NCBI RefSeq assembly: GCF_003790525.1
Contig: NZ_CP033635.1
Strand: one strand, 5' to 3'
Origin: Escherichia coli
GTDB taxonomy: Bacteria; Pseudomonadota; Gammaproteobacteria; Enterobacterales; Enterobacteriaceae
Length of the DNA: 64,000 bases
Shown here: one piece after another, positions 36,501 through 45,409 of the stretch
How positions within the stretch are numbered: the first letter of the stretch is position 1
How the letters are laid out: the number at the start of each line of letters is the position of its first letter
The notes under the pieces: generated by a model
Told to the model about the DNA's origin: nothing
What the model saw: only the letters and a program-made list of their open reading frames with translations
Database searches by the model: none
Made by a program: the position numbers and the translations under genes

Positions 36501-37895
36501 ATGAATAAGTTACTTTTGGGTTTATCTCTTTTTTTATTACTGGAATACAATGCGTGTGCAGCAAAAACAGGGGGGCTAACGCTTGAACAAAGAATGGCAT
36601 TGCTGGAAGAACGCCTGGAAGCTGCAGAAAAAAGGGCGGAAAAAGCAGAAAGAATGTTAAAGAGTTTTGATATAGAACAACATTCTGAAATACGTCAAAT
36701 TAGTTCAGAGCAGAATAAAAAAGATGCTAACAGCTATGCAGTAGTTGAGTCAACAAAAGAAAAAACATCTTCTCCAGGTTTTCTGCTCTCTGGTTACAAT
36801 GATTTGAAGTTTTATGGTGATGTGGAGTTTAATATAGATGCTGCCAGTAAACCCGGTCAGTTAGTAATGATAAGTTCCGGGGCGAACAGTGAGTCAGTGA
36901 ATGAACGGTGGGACCTTAATGGCCGTATTCTATTAGGTTTTGACGGTACCCGTAAGCTTGATAATGGTTATTTCGCTGGATTTTCAGCACAACCACTGGC
37001 GGATATGCACGGTTCAGTGAATATTGATGATGCATTATTCTTTTTTGGAAAAGATGACGAGTGGAAAGTGAAAGTCGGTCGTTTTGAAGCTTACGATATG
37101 TTCCCTCTAAATCAGGATACTTTCATTGAGTATTCCGGTAATACAGCTAATGATATTTATGCTGATGGCCGTGGTTATATCTATATGATGAAAGAGGGAC
37201 GCGGTCGTTCTGACGCTGGTGGTAATTTCCTCATCAGTAAACAACTCGATAACTGGTATTTTGAGTTAAACACGTTACTTGAAGACGGAACATCTTTATA
37301 TAATAACGGTAATTATCATGGACGATATATGGAGCAGCAGAAAAATGTCGCTTATCTGCGCCCGGTAATTGCCTGGTCGCCAACGGAAGAATTCACAGTC
37401 TCCGCAGCGATGGAAGCGAACGTGGTAAAAAATGCTTATGGCTATACCGATAATAAGGGGAATTTTGTCGATCAGTCCAATCGTTCCGGTTATGGTATTA
37501 GCATGACATGGAACGGTCTGAAAACAGATCCGGAAAATGGCATCGTGGTTACTCTTAATACCGCCTATTTGGATGCCAGTAATGAGAAAGATTTCACTGC
37601 CAGTATTAATGCTCTGTGGAAACGTTTCGAACTGGGTTATATCTACGCACATAATAAGATTGATGAATTTAGTGGTGTCGTGTGTAATAATGGTTGCTGG
37701 ATTGATGGTGAAGGAATATACAACATTCACACCATTCATGCATCTTATCAGTTTGCTAATGTGATGGATATGGAGAACTTTAATATTTACCTCGGGGCTT
37801 ATTACTCAATTCTGGATAGTAACTGTAGATATAGTAATTGTGACATTACCGATGATCGTTACGGTGCCCGATTACGTTTCAAATACTTTTTTTGA
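36501..37895 (+). CDS. rafY: raffinose glycoporin (ScrY/LamB-like outer-membrane channel)
   Basis: 464 aa with a signal peptide, an N-terminal coiled coil (LEERLEAAEKRAEKAE), aromatic-rich beta strands and a C-terminal ...RFKYFF. Confidence 0.8.
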   Translation: MNKLLLGLSLFLLLEYNACAAKTGGLTLEQRMALLEERLEAAEKRAEKAERMLKSFDIEQHSEIRQISSEQNKKDANSYAVVESTKEKTSSPGFLLSGYNDLKFYGDVEFNIDAASKPGQLVMISSGANSESVNERWDLNGRILLGFDGTRKLDNGYFAGFSAQPLADMHGSVNIDDALFFFGKDDEWKVKVGRFEAYDMFPLNQDTFIEYSGNTANDIYADGRGYIYMMKEGRGRSDAGGNFLISKQLDNWYFELNTLLEDGTSLYNNGNYHGRYMEQQKNVAYLRPVIAWSPTEEFTVSAAMEANVVKNAYGYTDNKGNFVDQSNRSGYGISMTWNGLKTDPENGIVVTLNTAYLDASNEKDFTASINALWKRFELGYIYAHNKIDEFSGVVCNNGCWIDGEGIYNIHTIHASYQFANVMDMENFNIYLGAYYSILDSNCRYSNCDITDDRYGARLRFKYFF

Positions 37896-38472
37896 TGCAT
37901 AGTAACAAAGTATTGTTCCACACTTACATTAACGCGTTTTTCGGGCGCGTCATCAGCGATGCATACGAATGATCGCAGTCTGCCAATGGTCGATTTATCT
38001 TGGTTGCGCAGGGGCGAGCACCGGGCAGGTACCGGCGGCTGACTCTGAAGCTCTGAGTCGGGTAATTGCGTCAGGTCACGAAGGACTGACACGGGTATTG
38101 GTGGCAGGTGATGAAGTACTGAGTGTGGTAATTTCGGGGATGCAATGCAGGAGCTGAGTCAGGTTTGCACTGAGCTGAGGACCCGTAGCGAGCGGGTTCC
38201 TGCTATTTTTCGGTGTCAGGGGCGCAAGTCCCGACGTCGGGACTTGCCGGGAGATTGTCAGGTCATTGACCGGGTGTGAGCGGCTCGACGTAAGCGGTAG
38301 ATATGCCCAATTCCCCCCGATAAATTCATTACCAAACACATTATTCAATTTGTTTTTATTTTTCCGCTTTCAGTCATTATCGCTATCGCTTCGTCGGTAA
38401 TGACTCCAACTTATTGATAGTGTTTTATGTTCAGATAATGCCCGATGACTTTGTCATGCAGTGGATTTGCCC

Positions 38473-38916
38473 CTATATTTCCAGACACCTGTTATCACTT
38501 AACCCATTACTGGCCCGCTGCCGTAGATATTCCCGTGGCGAGCGATAACCCAGTGCACTATGCGGATGCCATTCGTTATAATGCTCGAACGCCTCTGCAA
38601 GGTTCTTTGCTGCCGTTAACCCGTCTGGTTTGGGCATGATACTGATGTAATCACGCTTTATCGTTTTCACGAAGCTCTCTGCTATGCCGTTACTCTCCGG
38701 ACTCCGCACCGCCGTGTTCTTCGGTTCAAGTCCCAACATCCGGGCGAACTGGCGCGATTTAGCCCCGACATAGCCCCACTGTTCGTCCATTTCCGCGCAG
38801 ACGATGACGTCACTGCCCGGCTGTATGCGCGAGGTTACCGACTGCGGCCTGAGTTTTTTAAGTGACGTAAAATCGTGTTGAGGCCAACGCCCATAATGCG
38901 GGCTGTTGCCCGGCAT
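38473..38916 (-). pseudogene. chimeric ORF: IS1 InsB N-terminus fused to IS2 OrfB (InsD) C-terminus
   Basis: The translation begins as IS1 InsB ([38 protein letters not shown]). It then switches to the rve-integrase tail of IS2 ([34 protein letters not shown]...[19 protein letters not shown]). Confidence 0.8.
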
Positions 38917-39110
38917 CCAACGCCATTCATGGCCATATCAATGATTTTCTGGTGCGTACCGAGTTGAGAAGCGGTGTAAGTGAACTGCAGTTGCCATGTT
39001 TTACGGCAGTGAGAGCAGAGATAGCGCTGATGTCCGGCGGTGCTTTTGCCGTTACGCACCACCCCGTCAGTAGCTGAACAGGAGGGACAGCTGATAGAAA
39101 CAGAAGCCAC
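38835..39110 (-). CDS. insA: IS1 InsA
   Basis: 91 aa beginning [43 protein letters not shown]. The start lies 55 nt from the IS1 end, as in IS1. Confidence 0.9.
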   Translation of the reverse strand: MASVSISCPSCSATDGVVRNGKSTAGHQRYLCSHCRKTWQLQFTYTASQLGTHQKIIDMAMNGVGCRATARIMGVGLNTILRHLKNSGRSR

Positions 39111-39174
39111 TGGAGCACCTCAAAAACACCATCATACACTAAATCAGTAAGTTGGCAGCATCACCCGCTTTGAA

Positions 39175-40194
39175 GTGAACAATAACCAGGGTCGTTTCGT
39201 ATTTCCGGATACCTGGTTTGGCCCATTACTGGGGGAGTTTGAAGAAGTGCTTGATGCATACGACACTGATGAAATCAGTGAGACGGGTTATATCAACAAA
39301 CTCAGACGCCTTGCTCAACAGGAGCCTGACTTTATTGATATACACGCTCATCTGGCATATGCATTTCTGGAGCAGAATGCCCCGCGTAAGGCACTGAACG
39401 CCGCTCTTAAAGGACTGGCGGCAGGTAATCGTCTCATCCCGGAAAGTTTCAGTGGTGAAATCATCTGGATGCATCCCGAAAACCGCCCTTATCTGCGCGC
39501 GCTTTATGCAACAATTCTCGCAAATGTGCACTTACAGCGTCATCAGGATGCGGTTATGCTCACTGATAAAATACTGGCATACAATCCTGAAGATAATCAG
39601 GGTGCCCGCTGGTTGTTGGGCTCAGAACTGTTACGAACAGGCGATCATAAGCAAGCCTTCAGTGTACTGAAAGAGCATGCTGATGAATTTTCACCTTACT
39701 GGTATGAACTTGGTCTTCTGCATTTTCTGAATGGGGAACATGTTAAGGCTGCCACAGCTTTTCGTCATGGCTTTGCTACAAACACTTACATCGCGGAAAT
39801 GCTGTGCGGAAATTTGCATCCATTTCCACTTGCTGTGCGGCATAACTTCTCCGGCTCTCTGGATACGGCAGAAGATTACTATGCAACATACTCACCATTA
39901 TGGGGACAATATCCGGAAGCATTGCTGTTTGTAAACTGGCTCTATAACCATTCCTCTGTGCTGCATGAACGAGCAGAAATCATTAAATGCGCCGAAATGC
40001 TGATGCAGGAAGATGATTTCGAAATATGCGAAAGCATTTTAAGACAGCAGAAGCTGTTGCGGGAAAGAATTGATGAGACACTTTCTGAGGAAATTGTACA
40101 GAAATGCAGAAATATTAACGGTGAATATGTCTGGCCCTGGATATTGCCGTTTTCAGCAGCAGGAATGAAACACTCAAGCATCCAGCATCAGTAG
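39175..40194 (+). CDS. hypothetical helical-repeat (TPR-like) protein
   Basis: 339-aa ORF with a GTG start 10 nt from the IS1 end. Repeated amphipathic helix pairs such as AHLAYAFLEQNAPRKALNAALKGL and WYELGLLHFLNGEHVKAATAFRHG suggest TPR-like repeats. I recognise no catalytic motif. Confidence 0.45.
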   Translation: MNNNQGRFVFPDTWFGPLLGEFEEVLDAYDTDEISETGYINKLRRLAQQEPDFIDIHAHLAYAFLEQNAPRKALNAALKGLAAGNRLIPESFSGEIIWMHPENRPYLRALYATILANVHLQRHQDAVMLTDKILAYNPEDNQGARWLLGSELLRTGDHKQAFSVLKEHADEFSPYWYELGLLHFLNGEHVKAATAFRHGFATNTYIAEMLCGNLHPFPLAVRHNFSGSLDTAEDYYATYSPLWGQYPEALLFVNWLYNHSSVLHERAEIIKCAEMLMQEDDFEICESILRQQKLLRERIDETLSEEIVQKCRNINGEYVWPWILPFSAAGMKHSSIQHQ

Positions 40195-40337
40195 ATATTG
40201 CATTAGTGTATCTTTCAAACAAGTAATAATTTATCCACCAGTAATAACACAGTCCCCCTTCCCCAGGTTATCGCCCTGGGGGCATTTTCTGAAAGTTTCC
40301 TTTAAAAAAGAATAGAGTCGTAAATTACTTTAACGAA

Positions 40338-41942
40338 TTATTCCTGGAGTTCATTAAAGTTCTTTCGTAATACTTTGTAATCAAACACGTTATGACTGGC
40401 ATCAAAAACCACGGATTTCCCCTGCCAGCGGGTAATCACCTCCTCCGGCGTTTTCGGTTGAGCCGGTCTGGTTACGCCCATCCATGCATTAATCAGATAA
40501 TCATTATACGCAGTGGAAAAAACGCTGTTCACCGTCTGGCGATCGACATGCTCTCCCAGTGCCGGGCTGTACCAGATAAACATCGGAACATGATAAGCCT
40601 GCTGACTGGGTTTTATTCCACCATGAAAATAGGCATGTTCTTTTGTCGGGTCATACTCCAGACCGTGATCTGAAAAATACATGACGGATGCCTGACGCGT
40701 TTCCAGCATGGTGAAAACCTGTCCCAACAAACTGTCGGTATAATGAATGGAATTATCGTAACAGACTTCTTCTGTATCCAGCGGTTTAAACACGGCTTTA
40801 TCTCTGGGCCAGTTACTGCAAACCGGTTCATGGCTGCCCGTCAGATGCAGAACAATCAGTTTCCTGCTCCCCGGATTACTGTTCAGTGCTTCAGCCAGGT
40901 GTGGGAGCAGTAACTCATCATAGCCTCTGACATAAATTCTGTTTCTGGCCCGCATGGCGATACTGGCCACAGCCGTTCCGTTCTGTCGGAAAGCGGACTG
41001 CGCACTGAGCCACCAGGTATCGAACCCCGCCTGATTCGCCATGTTGATAATGTTATCAGGGTAATTACGGATATCATGATGCAGTACACTATCGGCAGAT
41101 AACGCCAGTGGAACAGCCAGCGCGGTGTAAGGTGCGCCACTGATTGCCTGAGTGAACAGTTTCAGTCGTGATTTCTGTTTCTGAAGCTCTGGTGTGGTAG
41201 GGCGCGAATACCCGTAAATGGACATGTTATCAGTCCTTGCAGATTCACCAATCACCAGAACAAATACGTCAGTGTTGTTATCCGTAATCACCAGATCGTA
41301 GTGAGGTATGGTATCAGCAATCGTCATTAATCTCTGATGCTCCTTTGCGGCCAGTGCAAAATAGTTCAGATTAAAGAAAGGGGTATATGTGGCAAACCGG
41401 GAAGCGACTATGTAAGGATCAACTTCATTTATTTGATACTGTTTCTTCAACGCAAACTGGAAGGAAGAATATAACGTTACTGTAATTAACAATAAAAATG
41501 TAATTACCGTGACCTTTTCCGATGGCAATGAGGACGTTTTATTTATTGCTGAACAGAAGAACAATAAAAAGAGGATAATAAATGCGATAACATAAACAAC
41601 ATACATCCTGAACATTCTTATTACTTCATCAGGATCTGTCTGAAGGATACTGATTGCAAAACCATCATTAAATGTTGTGCCAAATGTACACCATGAATAC
41701 AGGCTGATACTGATATCTGCAGCAGTCAGTAATGTGAACGGGAAGGCAAGAATCAAACGCAACGTAATCGATTTCATTGCCTTAATAATAAGAAGTGCCA
41801 GGATAAAGAATAATATCCGGTAAATCAGATGCGCTCCTGAGGATACAAGGAGATTAGAAAGGGTAAAGACAACCACTGATAACACGAGGCGCTTATCATT
41901 GCTAATCCGTGACCAGTGTATGAACGGAAGATTAATTTTCAT
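40338..41942 (-). CDS. phosphoethanolamine transferase (EptA/YhbX-type: N-terminal 5-TM domain plus sulfatase-fold domain)
   Basis: ORF 40338-42011. The likely start is MKINLPFIHWSR. It has an N-terminal polytopic region, then sulfatase-type motifs VLVIGESARTDNMSIYGYSRPTTP, HLTGSHEP and SDHG. Confidence 0.75.
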   Translation of the reverse strand: MKINLPFIHWSRISNDKRLVLSVVVFTLSNLLVSSGAHLIYRILFFILALLIIKAMKSITLRLILAFPFTLLTAADISISLYSWCTFGTTFNDGFAISILQTDPDEVIRMFRMYVVYVIAFIILFLLFFCSAINKTSSLPSEKVTVITFLLLITVTLYSSFQFALKKQYQINEVDPYIVASRFATYTPFFNLNYFALAAKEHQRLMTIADTIPHYDLVITDNNTDVFVLVIGESARTDNMSIYGYSRPTTPELQKQKSRLKLFTQAISGAPYTALAVPLALSADSVLHHDIRNYPDNIINMANQAGFDTWWLSAQSAFRQNGTAVASIAMRARNRIYVRGYDELLLPHLAEALNSNPGSRKLIVLHLTGSHEPVCSNWPRDKAVFKPLDTEEVCYDNSIHYTDSLLGQVFTMLETRQASVMYFSDHGLEYDPTKEHAYFHGGIKPSQQAYHVPMFIWYSPALGEHVDRQTVNSVFSTAYNDYLINAWMGVTRPAQPKTPEEVITRWQGKSVVFDASHNVFDYKVLRKNFNELQE

Positions 41943-42063
41943 AATAATTGAGAAAAAGCGATATTTCTGTCCGGCGCTGGTCGCTGAACATGCCGCGACA
42001 GGTGAATTCATTATTCTGAATAATCATAAAGCCACCACAAATGTAGCGGCGTAAACAGGAACG

Positions 42064-42348
42064 TCATGATGTTTTCTTTCGTGACAGAAGAGAACCGCAC
42101 ATACCACCCGCAATCATTATCATCAGGAATAACATCCCCAGGCCAACGATTACTCTTAATGCCGGATGAACCCGATCGGCGAGAAAAAATAACTCCATCC
42201 CGAAACCAATAACAAGCCAGGCCAGCGCCATTCCGACGAGCCCTTTTAACAGCAATCTCACGCTCCTCTCCTTCTGCATTCTTAACGAAAATGCCTTACA
42301 ATAACAGCAGCCGGGGAAGGCAACGCTGGCTGCTGAACGGTATGACAT
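42064..42348 (-). CDS. small hypothetical 2-TM membrane protein
   Basis: 94-aa ORF, possibly starting at the internal MQKERSV. It has two hydrophobic helices (LVGMALAWLVIGFGMELFFL and VIVGLGMLFLMIMIAGGMCGSLL) and lies immediately upstream of the transferase gene, in the same orientation. Confidence 0.45.
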   Translation of the reverse strand: MSYRSAASVAFPGCCYCKAFSLRMQKERSVRLLLKGLVGMALAWLVIGFGMELFFLADRVHPALRVIVGLGMLFLMIMIAGGMCGSLLSRKKTS

Positions 42349-42400
42349 TTTACTGCTTTATGTTCTCTCAGTTTCTGTACTGACGCCGCCATTAATGGTA

Positions 42401-42667
42401 TTACAGTTTATTCAGAATAAGGCATGCGGCCTGGTTTAATGCAATAAACTCCTGCCAGCTGTACTGAGACTGATAATTCAGTAAATACTGGTCTTCAACC
42501 CGGCAAATCTGTGGGCGTTTATCATAAATTGCACACAAATGAGAATCAGTCTGATAGTAACGGCAAATACCGTCACCACGATCCAGACATTGCGTTTCAC
42601 CCGCCCTGTTGACATGACGACAACAGGCCCCACACTGGTTACAGGGAAATGGAGGGTGTAATTTCAT
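42401..42667 (-). CDS. YkgJ-family cysteine-cluster (Zn/Fe-chelating, CxxCxxCC) protein
   Basis: 88 aa with the motif PCNQCGACC plus further Cys residues (CLDRGDGIC, CAIYDKRPQIC). Its ATG overlaps the stop of the upstream 523-aa gene by 4 nt. Confidence 0.65.
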   Translation of the reverse strand: MKLHPPFPCNQCGACCRHVNRAGETQCLDRGDGICRYYQTDSHLCAIYDKRPQICRVEDQYLLNYQSQYSWQEFIALNQAACLILNKL

Positions 42668-44235
42668 CGCTTATTTAACCAGTCACGAACAGAAGCCACA
42701 TTTCCTGACTCAAACGGCAACGCAATCCCTCGTCGGCGGACTTCTTCTCTCAGCAGAAGTCCGCGCTCTATCTCACTGTTTACGCTATCCAGATGAAGTG
42801 AAAAATGATTTAACTCGGCAGCATCAACAGAAAATTCCAGTGCAGTAAGTTCCACAAGATAGCGATCAAGTTCAGCATTGACTGCCTGAAAGTATTCCAG
42901 TGACCGCTGGAATTTGTCCTTAAATTTGTCCAGAAATGCCCATACCCGCTGCATAACCTCGCTATATTCGAGATAATAATTCATCACCAGCCCGAGAATA
43001 CCTGTCGTCAGCGCACCACAAAAGGCAGCAAGCTCTGAACCAAATGGGAAAATAAGGATCTGCGCCATCGCCTCATTTATCATCACCCCTCCGGCAACAG
43101 CCACACCTGCTGCTATCAGTTTAGTGACCGCTTTGGCTAACTGCCCCGGCGATAATCCCTCCGGATTAAATACCAGGACTTTAAAGGCCTGAACGAGATT
43201 GTTCCACATTTCCCTGATAAGCCGGACAATCATTCTTTCCGTTGTCAGGAATATATTTAACAGCGTTGTGGTAATACCTGACAGTATCCCTCCGATGACA
43301 CCATCTTTAAAGGCAATTAAAAAAGAACTGAATTTTTCCTGTACTCGTTCCTGGCAGGCACGTAATGCTGACGTTATTTCGGACAGGCATTTGCCGGCGC
43401 TGAATGAGTTCCGTTGCTGCCTGATAATATGCGGGATTCGTTCCCTCAGTTCGAACCAGATCTCGGCAAGAATAAGCCCCAACATCTGTCGCGTCCCCAT
43501 ACGAAAACCGGAATTAAGCGAAGCACTGGCGACAGCAGTAGCAAACTTACTACTCAGGTAATAGCTCTGATTAATCGTGGCCTCATATTTTTCCCGGGCA
43601 TATTTATCAGCCCTTTCCATACGCTCAGTATCTGCATCAGCTTTTTTTCTCAGACTTATCAGACGTTTCTTTTCCTTTTCTGTCAGCGTTGCCTGAGATT
43701 CAAGCTCTGCTATCTGCCTTAACGTATCTTCTCTGTTTTTCTGCAGCGTGCAAATAAACGCATCCATTGAGTCTGCTTTCTTTGATTTATTGAGCGACTC
43801 ATGAGTGAATGCCAGATTTGAAGCGTCATTTGCCAGTTCTGCACCATCCCGTTCAGCAAGAATTCTCCCCGGATCATCATGAATTTCTTTAGCGGAAATA
43901 ATATGATCCAGATTTTTTTTGTCGTCAGAAGCAAACACCTCGCCTGTATATGCATCAGTAAGAGTCCCTGCCTGATGCGCACGCTTTCCTTCCCGGTTCG
44001 TCGCGATATAGTTCTCATGGCTGTGGTAATGATGAGAATCATATTCGCCACGACCTTCATACCGCTGTCGCTCAGCCTCCGTGGCATAAATGCCATTACG
44101 CACATTATGGATAGTGTCAACATCACCACCCTTACGATCATTTAGCAACAGAAAATCCAGCCCGAATGATGTAACCAGGCTCTTCACCATGGTCTGATGT
44201 AACTCTTCTGTCCAGTCAAATTTTTCCACATTCAT
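42664..44235 (-). CDS. HNH-like nuclease domain fused to a coiled coil and a Gly/Ala-rich hydrophobic C-terminal region
   Basis: 523 aa. The N-terminal region contains GGDVDTIHNVR ... NLDHIISAKEIHDD ... ASNLAFTHESLNKSKK, which fits the D-H...N...N-K pattern of HNH nucleases (compare the Cas9 HNH DVDHIVPQSF...NKVLTRSDKNRGK). A coiled coil follows (aa about 160-230). Hydrophobic segments are GVIGGILSGITTTLLNIFL, LIAAGVAVAGGVMINEAMAQILIF and AAFCGALTTGILGLVMNYYL. Confidence 0.6.
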   Translation of the reverse strand: MNVEKFDWTEELHQTMVKSLVTSFGLDFLLLNDRKGGDVDTIHNVRNGIYATEAERQRYEGRGEYDSHHYHSHENYIATNREGKRAHQAGTLTDAYTGEVFASDDKKNLDHIISAKEIHDDPGRILAERDGAELANDASNLAFTHESLNKSKKADSMDAFICTLQKNREDTLRQIAELESQATLTEKEKKRLISLRKKADADTERMERADKYAREKYEATINQSYYLSSKFATAVASASLNSGFRMGTRQMLGLILAEIWFELRERIPHIIRQQRNSFSAGKCLSEITSALRACQERVQEKFSSFLIAFKDGVIGGILSGITTTLLNIFLTTERMIVRLIREMWNNLVQAFKVLVFNPEGLSPGQLAKAVTKLIAAGVAVAGGVMINEAMAQILIFPFGSELAAFCGALTTGILGLVMNYYLEYSEVMQRVWAFLDKFKDKFQRSLEYFQAVNAELDRYLVELTALEFSVDAAELNHFSLHLDSVNSEIERGLLLREEVRRRGIALPFESGNVASVRDWLNKR

Positions 44236-44281
44236 GTTATTTCACTTCTTGTAAAGCCGGGCTTTAACGCCCGGTAAATCA

Positions 44282-45361
44282 TTAACTCTGGGATGAAAAA
44301 TCATCAAATTTCACAACCGAACTGGCCAGTACATCATCCAGCTCATCCTTATTAATAACGTTCATTCCATTATCATCCGTTTCCATTTCAATAACGTTAT
44401 CTTTTATCACTGCCTCACCATTTTCCTGTTTCCGCGGTTTAAACAGTGGCGTTGTAATAATATCCGTCATAATAGCGGCCAGTGAATATCCATGGTCAAT
44501 AAGCACAATGACTTCATCTGATACACTGATATCCTGTTGTTCTGTAATAACAGAATGCATGGATTTAAGCGGCTCAAAATAGTGTTTAATAAATACAGCA
44601 TGCATTCTGTTCAGTGCAGCGAGAATTTCATCAACGTATTGATTAACTTTTGCAAAATGCTCCCGGGCCAGATTCATTTTCTTAACTGCCCGTGCAACAT
44701 CGCAGGCACACTGATGGGCATTTTCAAGAGCTTTCGTCGCATGTCTGTCGTAAGCCCAGCCCGCAATGGCAATCAACGGTGCAGCCACTGCGGTGCCTAA
44801 TACCATTGCGCCGCCGGCCATTCCCATGCCCCCTGCAGCCAGTGAGCCCCCACCAATTGCCGCCATCGTCGCGTTATAAGCCGCGGCACCAGAAAGCGCT
44901 GCAATGGGTGTACCTGTAGAAGCCGCAGCAAATGCCATCACTCCGCTATACACAGCAAAACCCGCAGCAGCCCCGGAAACTCCGGCAGCAACGACCGTAC
45001 TGAGATATTCTGTCGCTGAAATGGCCAGGTTCTGAATCTTATTGATGTTATGTTGCGGGACACTCAGTTTCAGGTCTTTATTGCCCTCTTTTTCCAGACG
45101 CGCCAGGAGCTCAGCAGCAATCCTGTCGAACTCACTGAAATCTTTACCAATCTCAAGCTCTTTATTTCCGAGCGTTGTTAATTTTGATGATGTCTGAGCT
45201 TCAGCCTGCTCAAATTTTTCTTTATGCTCCTCGTAACGCTCTTTTGCTTTTTCGAGGATATCCTCTGCTTCTGACTTTTTTTGATATCCATCGTAAGCTT
45301 TTTTTCCGCCGAATGCCGCAGCGCCGGCAGCCACACCCAAAATAATAAAAGGTAACGCCAT
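44282..45361 (-). CDS. glycine-zipper membrane protein, function unknown
   Basis: 359 aa. It has an N-terminal TM helix (MALPFIILGVAAGAAAFGG), a charged coiled coil, and then a roughly 95-aa Ala/Gly-rich hydrophobic block (VVAAGVSGAAAGFAVYSGVMAFAAASTG...GGGSLAAGGMGMAGGAMVLGTAVAAPLIAIAGWAY). The C-terminal part is a soluble acidic domain. Confidence 0.55.
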   Translation of the reverse strand: MALPFIILGVAAGAAAFGGKKAYDGYQKKSEAEDILEKAKERYEEHKEKFEQAEAQTSSKLTTLGNKELEIGKDFSEFDRIAAELLARLEKEGNKDLKLSVPQHNINKIQNLAISATEYLSTVVAAGVSGAAAGFAVYSGVMAFAAASTGTPIAALSGAAAYNATMAAIGGGSLAAGGMGMAGGAMVLGTAVAAPLIAIAGWAYDRHATKALENAHQCACDVARAVKKMNLAREHFAKVNQYVDEILAALNRMHAVFIKHYFEPLKSMHSVITEQQDISVSDEVIVLIDHGYSLAAIMTDIITTPLFKPRKQENGEAVIKDNVIEMETDDNGMNVINKDELDDVLASSVVKFDDFSSQS

Positions 45362-45409
45362 TCTTTTCCTCCTGTACAGATTGCTTTATCATCAGTCAAC
45401 TGAAATATT

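Larger units (their letters stand above)
38396..39165 (-). mobile_element. IS1 copy whose insB region is replaced by an IS2 right-end fragment (IS1::IS2 mosaic)
   Basis: IS1 termini are read at both ends: ggtaatgactccaacttattgatag at 38396 and cagtaagttggcagcatcacc ending at 39165. The IS2 terminal sequence tggatttgcccctatatttccagaca begins at about 38462 and IS2-derived sequence continues to about 38750. No flanking target duplication is seen. Confidence 0.8.

Noticed and set aside
37900-38395. A roughly 500-bp non-coding stretch after rafY with GC-rich hairpins (for example ggggcgcaagtcccgacgtcgggacttgcc) and small minus-strand ORFs (37859-38092 and 38076-38348). I considered an ncRNA, a retron msr/msd or a group II intron end.
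   Set aside because: There is no adjacent reverse transcriptase and no recognisable intron domain V or retron inverted repeats, and the ORF translations are featureless. It is most likely decayed plasmid or island DNA next to the IS1. I could not support any call.
40338-42011. Calling the phosphoethanolamine transferase an mcr-type colistin-resistance gene
   Set aside because: Only the family-level architecture is visible, and I cannot establish orthology to any MCR. It is kept as a generic PEtN transferase.
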